From contig CAZGJL010000004.1 of NCBI GenBank assembly GCA_964526665.1, positions 2,064 to 66,063 on the forward strand: a stretch of 64,000 nt of DNA, read 5' to 3'. Below are positions 45,814 to 53,654 of this stretch, piece after piece; position 1 is the stretch's first letter; every line of letters begins with the position of its first letter. The notes beneath the pieces were generated by a model, which was given only the letters and a program-made list of their open reading frames with translations, was not told where the DNA came from and made no database searches. The DNA comes from an uncultured Candidatus Peribacteria bacterium (lineage in GTDB: Bacteria > Patescibacteriota > Gracilibacteria > UBA4473). Both the position numbers and the translations under genes were made by a program.

Positions 45814-46502
45814 AAATGGAAGAATATCCGTATGTAATAATAAACACTGCTACAAGTATTGATGGCAAAATAGCGACACCAAATAGACGACAAACTACTC
45901 TTTCGAATAACGAGGACTTTGAAATTGTAGATAAAATCAGAAGTGAAGTTGATGCGATTTTGATAGGTCATACAACTCTCATACAGGATGATCCCCGTCT
46001 TACTGTGAAAAATAAGACGTATATTGATAAACGGATACAACAAAACAAATCTCCTCAACCAATGAAAATTGTAATTTCTCCAAATTGCAAAATCCCCCTT
46101 GAGAGTAATTTTCTAAAAGATGATGACACTGAGAAATTTATTTTTACTACTAAAGAAGCTCATCCAGAAGACATTCAATCACGCCTTCCCTTTTCTAATA
46201 TATCCAAACATAATTCCTCCCGAGTTAATATATTAGAATTAGCAAAAGAGCTCTATCAAAATGGCATAAAAAAAATATTGGTTGAAGGGGGTGGAGGTAT
46301 TAATTTTTCTTTTATACAAAGTGGCCTTGTTGATGAAATTAGAGTCGCCATATCCAACTGTATAATAGGAGGAGAACATTCCCCTTCTCTTGTAGATGGA
46401 CAAGGGTTTGATAGTGAAAACATAAAACAATTCGAGCTCGTAAATGTTGATATTTTACATCAACTTATAATCGCAAATTATCGCTCAATAAATGAGCATT
46501 AA
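45810..46502 (+). CDS. RibD C-terminal-type pyrimidine reductase (archaeal/fungal-type diaminohydroxyphosphoribosylaminopyrimidine reductase-like)
   Basis: PYVIINTATSIDGKIAT, IGHTTLIQDDPRLTV and ILVEGGGGINFSF motifs. ATGA overlap with the preceding ORF. Confidence 0.8.
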   Translation: MKMEEYPYVIINTATSIDGKIATPNRRQTTLSNNEDFEIVDKIRSEVDAILIGHTTLIQDDPRLTVKNKTYIDKRIQQNKSPQPMKIVISPNCKIPLESNFLKDDDTEKFIFTTKEAHPEDIQSRLPFSNISKHNSSRVNILELAKELYQNGIKKILVEGGGGINFSFIQSGLVDEIRVAISNCIIGGEHSPSLVDGQGFDSENIKQFELVNVDILHQLIIANYRSINEH

Positions 46503-48682
46503 AAACGTTTCTTTTTCCCTCCTCTTCCACGACGATTCTGATTAATCTTCTTGAGCGTGTTTTTTGGAAGTTCTGATACTTTTCCATAATCTCCAATCAA
46601 AGTATGAAGTTTCCCAAAATACTCTTTCGATTCAGGCAATGTATTATCTTCCGTCATCGTTTTAGCATTCCCCACAATGTAACATTCATCTTGCGCCCGA
46701 CCAACAGCAACTCCAATTCGACGCTCTTCTTCAAGAAACCCAATATCCCCTTCTTCATTACTTCGAGTCAAAGAAACAAAAACTACTTTTCGTTCATCTC
46801 CTTGAAATGAATCCACAGTTGCTACATTTTCCTTAATTTGCTCATATAGCTCAGGATCAAGCTCCCGACGCAATTCACTTCGAATAGCCTTTGCTTGCTC
46901 ACTGTATGTGGCGATAACAGCAATGTCCTCTGGTAATACGGGGTTATTTTTTCGAAGAAGCATTCCTCGAACTTTATAGGCAATAAATCGTGCTTCTCCT
47001 GAATTCCTCTTTGAGGTTCCAAAAGATTTTTCCTTTGAATCAATCTTTTGTGTGTCTAACCACTGAATAATTCCATTGTCTCCTTCTTCTACTTTTCGAG
47101 CAGGTTTCATTTTCCCTTCATACATCAACTCACTTAGAACATTCACTATATTCTTTTTTGAACGAAAATTCTCTTCTAGATAAACGTATGGCAATTCTTC
47201 TTCTGGGTTTTCTGAATTTTGAATTGAATCTACGAATGGTCCATTTTCAAATCCTTTAATTGCTTTCTCTGTATTCTCTAACCGCTCTCTCCTATTCAAA
47301 TGGTCTTGCATATATGTTTTTTCATTTCTTTTAAGAGGAAGGTTTCCTAATTGGAGCGGATCTCCAACAAAAATAATCTTCTTCCCTGCCTTTTCTAATG
47401 CTTGCAATAGTTCTGGTGTGCGCATTCGCGTTGCCTCATCAACAATTACAACGTCATATTCTTCCTTTGCCAACAACTCATCATGTAATAATGATCCAAA
47501 GGTTGAGCAAGTCACTCCTGCTTTTTCAAGTCTGTCTTGAATTTTCTCTTGATACTTCTTATCGAGTTCCTCAAATTTATCCATAATTTTTCCTTTTTCC
47601 TTTTTTCTCAACGCTCCTAATTCTTTTGTAGAACCTACCTTTTTCTCATATGTTTCAAAAAGATATTGCGTAAATTCACCATCTGTCATATTTCCTATTT
47701 CCTGAAGCTTCTTTGTTGGAAATTTTGGTGCACCACGTCGTAGTCGATATTGATGTAATTTCGAGTCAACGGGATCTGGACTATTCCCTGCAACATTCAT
47801 ATATTTTTTTGCATCATGCTTGTTGTTAAGGATTTCCGCATATTTCAACATCGGTACTTGTGACCCTTTGTTCGAATGAGACAATATCAATACCCTTCGT
47901 CCCTCTTCTACATGTTTTTTTGCAATCTCAACTTCTACGCTCGTTTTCCCTGACCCTGGTCCACCATGAAGAAAGAGAACTGGATGTTTTTCTATATCAA
48001 TTCCTGTTTGATACGCCAAATTTTGTGATTCTGTTAATCCCTCTTTTTGATCTGTAACTTCTGATCTTTCTATCTTGGGAAAATCTCCTGATAAGTATGT
48101 TTCTAGTGGAGGCAGTAATGGTTTCTTATTGTCTTCTGGAACTTCCAACTGTAGTACAGAATCTACTAAACTCTGAACCTCTAAAACTGTGTTTTCAAAA
48201 CTATTATTTCCCAGGTATATTTTTAAATCTTTTTCTGTAATTTCCCCTTTCCGAAGTAACTCAAAAAATATTTCGACCTTCCCCATATAATCTGCCGAAT
48301 TTTGTATTTTTATTCCTTTTATAATTGCGTCAACGGTGTGATTTTCTTCGTATGACACGTTTTCAGGATCTTCATAAAAATTTTCCTTTTGAGAATCCAC
48401 TGAAAGAGTAGATACTAATTTAACCTCCTCCCCTACCGATAATAATTCCTTAACTCTGTCTGGATAACAATTTCCTATTTTTCCGGACACAAATTTTCCT
48501 TTTTTTTCAAATGTTTCTGAATCAATTGTCATTGGAAATGACTCTCCAATCATCTTCAGCAGATGTTCTTGAAATTCTAATTGAGCTTTCATTACCGGAA
48601 CCATTGCTTCCATCTGATCTCCCCAATGGGAAGGAGCCTTTTCACTAACAGATATTGGTAATTTCTTCTGATTCATTTTCAC
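46499..48682 (-). CDS. superfamily 1 helicase (Upf1/DNA2-like AAA_11/AAA_12) with an unknown N-terminal region of about 230 aa
   Basis: LHGGPGSGKTS (Walker A), VIVDEATR, GDPLQLGN, VDSFQGDERKVVFVSLTRSN and VGRAQDE motifs. Basic tail RRGRGGKKKRF. GTG at 48682 or ATG at 48676. Confidence 0.85.
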   Translation of the reverse strand: MKMNQKKLPISVSEKAPSHWGDQMEAMVPVMKAQLEFQEHLLKMIGESFPMTIDSETFEKKGKFVSGKIGNCYPDRVKELLSVGEEVKLVSTLSVDSQKENFYEDPENVSYEENHTVDAIIKGIKIQNSADYMGKVEIFFELLRKGEITEKDLKIYLGNNSFENTVLEVQSLVDSVLQLEVPEDNKKPLLPPLETYLSGDFPKIERSEVTDQKEGLTESQNLAYQTGIDIEKHPVLFLHGGPGSGKTSVEVEIAKKHVEEGRRVLILSHSNKGSQVPMLKYAEILNNKHDAKKYMNVAGNSPDPVDSKLHQYRLRRGAPKFPTKKLQEIGNMTDGEFTQYLFETYEKKVGSTKELGALRKKEKGKIMDKFEELDKKYQEKIQDRLEKAGVTCSTFGSLLHDELLAKEEYDVVIVDEATRMRTPELLQALEKAGKKIIFVGDPLQLGNLPLKRNEKTYMQDHLNRRERLENTEKAIKGFENGPFVDSIQNSENPEEELPYVYLEENFRSKKNIVNVLSELMYEGKMKPARKVEEGDNGIIQWLDTQKIDSKEKSFGTSKRNSGEARFIAYKVRGMLLRKNNPVLPEDIAVIATYSEQAKAIRSELRRELDPELYEQIKENVATVDSFQGDERKVVFVSLTRSNEEGDIGFLEEERRIGVAVGRAQDECYIVGNAKTMTEDNTLPESKEYFGKLHTLIGDYGKVSELPKNTLKKINQNRRGRGGKKKRF

Positions 48683-48695
48683 GAAGTGGGGAAAT

Positions 48696-48730
48696 AAGGG
48701 GACACATACTAAAGTCTTCTGTGTCCCCTT
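48696..48730. promoter_or_regulatory. strong 11-bp hairpin 13 nt upstream of the helicase start codon
   Basis: AAGGGGACACA (48696-48706) pairs with TGTGTCCCCTT (48720-48730) around a 13-nt loop. Short T-runs lie on both sides. Confidence 0.5.
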
Positions 48731-48757
48731 TTGTCGATTGATCTAACAAAAAATGTT

Positions 48758-48960
48758 AGCCAATCTAGCCTTTTTAATCTCTCTCCTTTACCACCCTCAA
48801 GCCTGGCCGGACTCTCTCCGGCCCGAGCGTGTCGCCAAAGCCGGTATACACCAGATAATCTGTTGGCAGATTGGCTCTTATAAGGTGGTTAAGTTTCATT
48901 TGTACTCGTAAGCACAAATGAGCGCGATGCAACGGAGAATAAATTCTCGTCACAATCCAT
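48758..48960 (-). ncRNA. candidate structured RNA / leader (GC-rich island), identity unknown
   Basis: I counted 40/60 G+C in 48791-48850 within an AT-rich genome. It contains several perfect helices and two mutually exclusive pairings (see findings). The strand assignment is tentative. Confidence 0.35.
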
Positions 48961-49139
48961 TTCGGAAGTCTCAACCTTGTACCATTTACAAGAATCGCTT
49001 CTAATCGAATCAATACATCTCTCGATGAAGATTGATCAGCAGAAATTTCCTGTCTCCACAGTATTACCTGTGAATCTGGTATGGTGAGATTCGCGGAGAA
49101 ATCAAAAAGAACAGCTAAAATAATAATTAAAATTTTCAT
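48774..49139 (-). CDS. dubious ORF (121 aa) overlapping the GC-rich structured island
   Basis: The N-terminus looks signal-like (MKILIIILAVLF), but the C-terminal half is encoded by the GC-rich helices and has atypical Arg-rich composition. Confidence 0.3.
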   Translation of the reverse strand: MKILIIILAVLFDFSANLTIPDSQVILWRQEISADQSSSRDVLIRLEAILVNGTRLRLPKWIVTRIYSPLHRAHLCLRVQMKLNHLIRANLPTDYLVYTGFGDTLGPERVRPGLRVVKERD

Positions 49140-49216
49140 ATAACACTGTTTTTTTGATTACTAAATAAAGTATTTAAATAAAACTTCCCACAAAGTCAAC
49201 TATGTTTTAAAAGAAA

Positions 49217-50191
49217 TCAATACAAATACTCGCGTTTATTGGCATTATGTTCTTCAAGTGTCCGTCCAAAATGCACCTGCCCATTATTATCATGCAAGTA
49301 GTAATAAAACTCTGTAGGCAATGGATTAACCGCTGCTCTCAAAGAATCCAAACCCGGGTTCGAAATTGCCGTTGGAGGAAGTCCCAATTTTCGTCGTGTA
49401 TTGTATGGAGAATCAGAGTCAAAATCTTCTGTGTACAGCGGCCGTTTCCATTCGTTTAATTCATATCGCGTTGTCGCATCAATTCCCAAATGAATTCGTT
49501 CATCTAGACGTTTCCAAATAACATCCGCAATCTTTTGTTTTTCTTCTAGATTATCACCAAAAGCTTCACGCTCAATCATAGATGCCACGATCACTACTTC
49601 ATTTAGTGTGTGCCCGGATTCTTGAACTTTTTTCATCAAGTCAGAAATCTGTTGTTGAAAAGTGTTATACAATCGTTGAACAAATTTCTTACTCGTAAAA
49701 GTTTCTGGATTTACATAATATGTACTGGGAAAAAGATACCCCTCCAGAGAACTAATACGAAACCCCAGATCACAGAAATTGGTACAGGCGATAAAATCAC
49801 CTGACTCTGTAAGCGATTTTTTTGATAAAATTGCATCAATTTGGGTAATCGTACTTCCTTCTGGAATAGTAATACGTATCTCCGAACTTTTCCCGTGTTG
49901 AAGTACTTCTGTGATTTCTAAAAATGTAAGATTCCGAGGAATCACGTACTCCCCTGCTTGTAATTTTGATGCCAAACGTTTCCAACGCACAAACCACTGA
50001 AATGACCATCCATCACGTACCAATTCATGTTCTTCTAGAATATTGGAAATGATAGATAATGAAGCTCCATTTTCAATGGTAACAGATACTCGTGAATCCG
50101 AATCCGAGTTTGGCCGTGACCAAGACAACATAAATCGTGCCGAAATAAAAACTCCTGCTAGCAATACGACAATGAGAAGAATTTTCTTCAT
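49217..50191 (-). CDS. mltG: endolytic murein transglycosylase MltG (YceG family)
   Basis: N-terminal TM segment, AGEYVIP, ITIPEGSTI, and a C-terminal LPPTAISNPG pattern. Confidence 0.88.
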   Translation of the reverse strand: MKKILLIVVLLAGVFISARFMLSWSRPNSDSDSRVSVTIENGASLSIISNILEEHELVRDGWSFQWFVRWKRLASKLQAGEYVIPRNLTFLEITEVLQHGKSSEIRITIPEGSTITQIDAILSKKSLTESGDFIACTNFCDLGFRISSLEGYLFPSTYYVNPETFTSKKFVQRLYNTFQQQISDLMKKVQESGHTLNEVVIVASMIEREAFGDNLEEKQKIADVIWKRLDERIHLGIDATTRYELNEWKRPLYTEDFDSDSPYNTRRKLGLPPTAISNPGLDSLRAAVNPLPTEFYYYLHDNNGQVHFGRTLEEHNANKREYLY

Positions 50192-50206
50192 AAATTTATA
50201 ATGTAA

Positions 50207-50240
50207 ACTTTGTAGTTTGTAATTTGAAGATTGGAGTTTT
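50207..50240. repeat. heptad-unit intergenic repeat copy (overlaps the ybaB stop codon)
   Basis: AACTT-TGTAGTT-TGTAATT-TGAAGAT-TGGAGTT-TT. Confidence 0.6.
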
Positions 50241-50541
50241 ACTGCTGTCCTCCCATGCCAGGCATTCCTCCCATAACAGATTTCATTTTTTCCGCAGCGA
50301 CTTGCTGTGATTTTTTCATGGCACGATTTGTTGCATCAAGAAAGGCTTTCTCTATCCTCTTTGACTGTCCTAATACTGCCTCATCTACAATTTCAACAGC
50401 CAGTACTTCCTGCTCACAATTCACTGTAACTTTTACTCCATCCGATTCCGCAAAAACATGGATTTTCCCCAGTTCTTTTTTTATTTTTTTTGCTTCCTTC
50501 TGAAGCTTATACATGTCACCCATTTGACCAAGAATTCCCAT
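50239..50541 (-). CDS. ybaB: nucleoid-associated protein YbaB/EbfC
   Basis: MGDMYKLQKEAKKIKKEL...VTVNCEQEVLAVEI pattern. 100 aa. Confidence 0.9.
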   Translation of the reverse strand: MGILGQMGDMYKLQKEAKKIKKELGKIHVFAESDGVKVTVNCEQEVLAVEIVDEAVLGQSKRIEKAFLDATNRAMKKSQQVAAEKMKSVMGGMPGMGGQQ

Positions 50542-50647
50542 TTTTTTTAAAGTTAATAATTTCGTTGATAGTGTACTTAGGAAAAAAAATTTGCCAAGAA
50601 CTATATGATTTCTAAAACCATTCCTCTTTCATGATTGTCTTTTCTCC

Positions 50648-50676
50648 TTGAAAAAAAGAAGAATTTCTGATATAAT
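50648..50676 (+). promoter_or_regulatory. consensus sigma70 promoter TTGAAA-17nt-TATAAT
   Basis: TTGAAA at 50648-50653 and TATAAT at 50671-50676, 26 nt upstream of the ATG at 50703. Confidence 0.6.
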
Positions 50677-50702
50677 ATTCTGAAAAGTTAATTTTCAAAC
50701 AA

Positions 50703-50867
50703 ATGACTCACACAAAACACCGGTCGTTCATTCTCTCATTTTCTCCTTTCAAAAAGGATAAAATAAACACTGCCGTCAGCGCTCTTCTTCTTGGAGTTGT
50801 TGTAGCAAACGCCTTTATAACAGCATTCCTTCTTGGGATTTTTGCTGTAAATACTTCTATTTTATAG
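50703..50867 (+). CDS. small (54 aa) single-pass membrane protein, below the ORF-track cutoff
   Basis: Manual translation gives MTHTKHRSFILSFSPFKKDKINTAVSALLLGVVVANAFITAFLLGIFAVNTSIL. It is flanked by a consensus promoter and a terminator. Confidence 0.5.
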   Translation: MTHTKHRSFILSFSPFKKDKINTAVSALLLGVVVANAFITAFLLGIFAVNTSIL

Positions 50868-50930
50868 ATTGGAAGTGAGACACTTCAAGCGTGTATGTTC
50901 TAGAGACCCCAATACCACAGGAAAATGGAA

Positions 50931-50957
50931 TCGCCCCGCATCGCGGGACGATTTTTT
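50931..50957 (+). terminator. rho-independent terminator
   Basis: TCGCCCCGC-ATC-GCGGGACGA followed by TTTTTT. Confidence 0.65.
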
Positions 50958-51108
50958 GTGCCCTCCTTTCATATATTTTTTCATTTTTTAGAGAAGAAGC
51001 ATATTCACCTTCTGATCTTTGTGAAATTCTGAATTTTTAACCCAAAAATGCTTGCTCTTCCTCCCTGAATCGGTACAATTCTCCCGATACAATTTTTGGA
51101 ATATTAGT

Positions 51109-53028
51109 ATGAATACAAAATCAAATTACGATGCCAGTTCTATTCAAGTGCTCGAAGGACTCGAGCCTGTTCGAAAGCGCCCAGGAATGTACATCGGGTC
51201 GACCGATGTTCGTGGTTTACATCATCTCATATGGGAAGTAATCGATAACTCAATTGATGAAGCTATGGCTGGATTTTGTGATCATATAGAAGTCACGCTC
51301 CACGAAGATGGGAGTTGTTCTGTTGCTGATAATGGACGTGGTATTCCTGTAGAAAAACACTCACAAACTGGGATTTCTGCTGTTGAAACCGTGCTTACTG
51401 TTCTTCATGCTGGAGGAAAATTTGGAGGCAGTGGATATAAAGTATCAGGAGGACTTCATGGAGTGGGAGTAAGTGTTGTAAATGCACTTTCTTCACGAAC
51501 AGAAGTAACCGTTGATCGTGACGGAGGAAAATTCTTTGTTGCCTTCGAAGGAGGTGCGCCCGCAGAACCTTTGGCAAAAATCGGAGAACAAACGAGTCAG
51601 GGAACACTGGTTCAATTTTGGCCAGATGAAAAAATATTTGAAACACTCGATTTTGAATTTGATGCGGTAAAAAAACGTATACGACAACAAGCCTATCTGA
51701 CTCGAGGAGTAACTATTACACTGAAAGATGAACGCAATAACGAAGAAAAGGGATTTACACCTCAGATATGTCAGTTTTATTTCGAAGGAGGAATCGGTTC
51801 TTTTGTTCGACATATCAATGACGGAGAAGATGCTATCTCTCCTGTAATTTCTATCAATGTTGATGAAGAAGATATTGCTGTAGAAATCGCGTTGCAATAT
51901 ACAATGCAGTTTCGAGAAACACTTCAGTCTTTTGCCAATAATATTCAAACTATTGAAGGTGGAACACATGTAACTGGATTTAACACAGCGCTTACACGTG
52001 TTTTGAATAAATATGCTCGTGAAAATCACTTATTGAAAGAAAAAGAACCAAATTTTACCAATGAAGATGTTCATGAAGGATTAACAGCTGTTATCAGTGT
52101 AAAAATTCCTGAGCCACAGTTCGAAGGACAAACCAAGTCCAAACTCGGAAATTCAAAGGTTCGTGGATCTGTTGATAAGATTTTTTCAGCAAAACTTGCT
52201 GAATATCTCGCTGAGAATCCTGACGACGCAAGAGCAATCATTAATAAATGTGCCCTTGCTACTCGTGCACGTCTTGCTGCTCGTGCAGCTCGTGACACAG
52301 TTATTCGAAAAGGAGCTCTTGAAGGACTTACTCTTCCAGGAAAACTTTCTGATTGTAGCTCAAAAAATCCTGAAGAATGTGAAGTATATATTGTTGAGGG
52401 AGATTCTGCTGGAGGAACGGCGAAACAAGGACGTGATCGTCGCACTCAGGCCATTTTGCCTTTGCGTGGTAAAATTCTGAATACAGAAAACTGTCGATTA
52501 GAAAAAATGCTTGCTAATAATGAGGTAAAAAACTTAATTATTGCTCTTGGGACTGCGATTGGAGCCGAATTTTCTCTTGAAAAACTCCGTTACCACAGAG
52601 TCGTTATAATGACCGACGCTGATGTCGATGGAGCTCATATCCGAACCCTACTTTTGACTCTTTTATACCGTCATTTTCCACAACTCGTACAAGCAGGACA
52701 TGTTTATATTGCACAACCACCATTGTATAAGTTGAGCAAAGGAAAACAGGTTTGGTATGCACTAACAGATGAAGAAAGAATAAAAATCATGGCCGAACAC
52801 GATATCAAAGGAGAAAACATCCAACGATATAAAGGTTTGGGAGAAATGAATGCTGAACAGCTCTGGGATACCACTATGAATCCTGAAAACCGAGTAATGC
52901 TCCAGGTTACTATCAACGACGCTGAACGAGCTGACCATGTGTTCAAAGTGCTCATGGGAGACGAAGTACTTCCCCGCAGGAAATTCATCCAGACTCATGC
53001 ATCAGAAGTTCAAGAGCTCGATATATAG
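51109..53028 (+). CDS. gyrB: DNA gyrase subunit B
   Basis: MNTKSNYDASSIQVLEGLEPVRKRPGMYIGS, the GHKL ATPase, EGDSAGG, and the PLRGKILN Toprim. The start is moved to the ATG at 51109. Confidence 0.97.
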   Translation: MNTKSNYDASSIQVLEGLEPVRKRPGMYIGSTDVRGLHHLIWEVIDNSIDEAMAGFCDHIEVTLHEDGSCSVADNGRGIPVEKHSQTGISAVETVLTVLHAGGKFGGSGYKVSGGLHGVGVSVVNALSSRTEVTVDRDGGKFFVAFEGGAPAEPLAKIGEQTSQGTLVQFWPDEKIFETLDFEFDAVKKRIRQQAYLTRGVTITLKDERNNEEKGFTPQICQFYFEGGIGSFVRHINDGEDAISPVISINVDEEDIAVEIALQYTMQFRETLQSFANNIQTIEGGTHVTGFNTALTRVLNKYARENHLLKEKEPNFTNEDVHEGLTAVISVKIPEPQFEGQTKSKLGNSKVRGSVDKIFSAKLAEYLAENPDDARAIINKCALATRARLAARAARDTVIRKGALEGLTLPGKLSDCSSKNPEECEVYIVEGDSAGGTAKQGRDRRTQAILPLRGKILNTENCRLEKMLANNEVKNLIIALGTAIGAEFSLEKLRYHRVVIMTDADVDGAHIRTLLLTLLYRHFPQLVQAGHVYIAQPPLYKLSKGKQVWYALTDEERIKIMAEHDIKGENIQRYKGLGEMNAEQLWDTTMNPENRVMLQVTINDAERADHVFKVLMGDEVLPRRKFIQTHASEVQELDI

Positions 53029-53097
53029 TCGCTACGCTCCAAACTACAAAGTCGCTACACTTTAGTCTACAAACTTCAAACTACAGATTTGAAATTT
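53028..53097. repeat. left inverted repeat (heptad-unit family) flanking the four-helix-bundle gene
   Basis: GTCGCTACGCTCCAAACTACAAAGTCGCTACAC...CTACAAACTTCAAACTACAGATTTGAAATT. CAAACTACAGATTT pairs with 53558-53571, and CAAAGTCGCTAC pairs with 53603-53614. Confidence 0.75.
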
Positions 53098-53185
53098 TAA
53101 TATTAAAAATTGGTTAAGACCATTCTTTGTAAAGCTTGTTTTTGAAGCATTCTTTGTAATACATAAGTTATCTTTATTTTTAAAC

Positions 53186-53551
53186 ATGACAAGTTCAAAG
53201 AAAAACATCCTCATTCATAAAACATATATATTTGCTTTACGAATTGTTAAGCTTGCTCGTTTTTTAATACAGGACAAAAAAGAGTTTGTATTATCAAAAC
53301 AAATACTTCGCTCGGGAACTTCCATTGGTGCAAATACCGAAGAATCTATTGGTGGACAATCTGAAAAAGATTTTTTTTCTAAATTATCAATTGCGTATAA
53401 AGAGGCTCGAGAAACAAAGTACTGGCTCCATCTGTTACAAGATTCTGGTTATATTTCTGCCAATCAAGCTATCTCTCTTCTCAATGATTGTGAAGAAATT
53501 TTAAAGATTCTCGGAAAAACCCTTTCAACTCTTCGAAAAAAACATAATTAA
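53186..53551 (+). CDS. four-helix-bundle protein (23S rRNA intervening-sequence protein / Avd-like family)
   Basis: 121 aa. The spacing of YIFALRIVKLARFL, ILRSGTSIGANTEE and AYKEARETKYWLHLL is typical of the TIGR02436/PF05635 family. Confidence 0.85.
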   Translation: MTSSKKNILIHKTYIFALRIVKLARFLIQDKKEFVLSKQILRSGTSIGANTEESIGGQSEKDFFSKLSIAYKEARETKYWLHLLQDSGYISANQAISLLNDCEEILKILGKTLSTLRKKHN

Positions 53552-53650
53552 AATTCCAAATCTGTAGTTTGTAGATTGTAGATTGAAGTTTGATATCTAG
53601 AGCGTAGCGACTTTGAAGATTGTAGTTTGAAATTTGAAAATTTAAGCGAA
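53551..53650. repeat. right inverted repeat (heptad-unit family) flanking the four-helix-bundle gene
   Basis: AAATTCCAAATC-TGTAGTT-TGTAGAT-TGTAGAT-TGAAGTT-TGA...GAGCGTAGCGACTTTGAAGATTGTAGTTTGAAATTTG. Confidence 0.75.
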
Positions 53651-53654
53651 GCGC

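Noticed and set aside
48758-48960. RNase P RNA, SRP RNA, tmRNA or 6S RNA identity for the GC-rich island
   Set aside because: GGAGAGAGTCCGGCC superficially resembles the RNase P P4 strand (GAGGAAAGUCCGGGC), but it is simply one arm of a local perfect hairpin, and the partner ACAGAA..GGCUUA segment is not in the right order. No SRP GGAA-tetraloop/AGCAGC motif or tRNA-like tmRNA end was found.
50542-51108. Replication origin next to gyrB
   Set aside because: No dnaA or dnaN gene is present, and I saw no TTATCCACA-type DnaA boxes in the spacer. The spacer is better explained by the small promoter-ORF-terminator unit.
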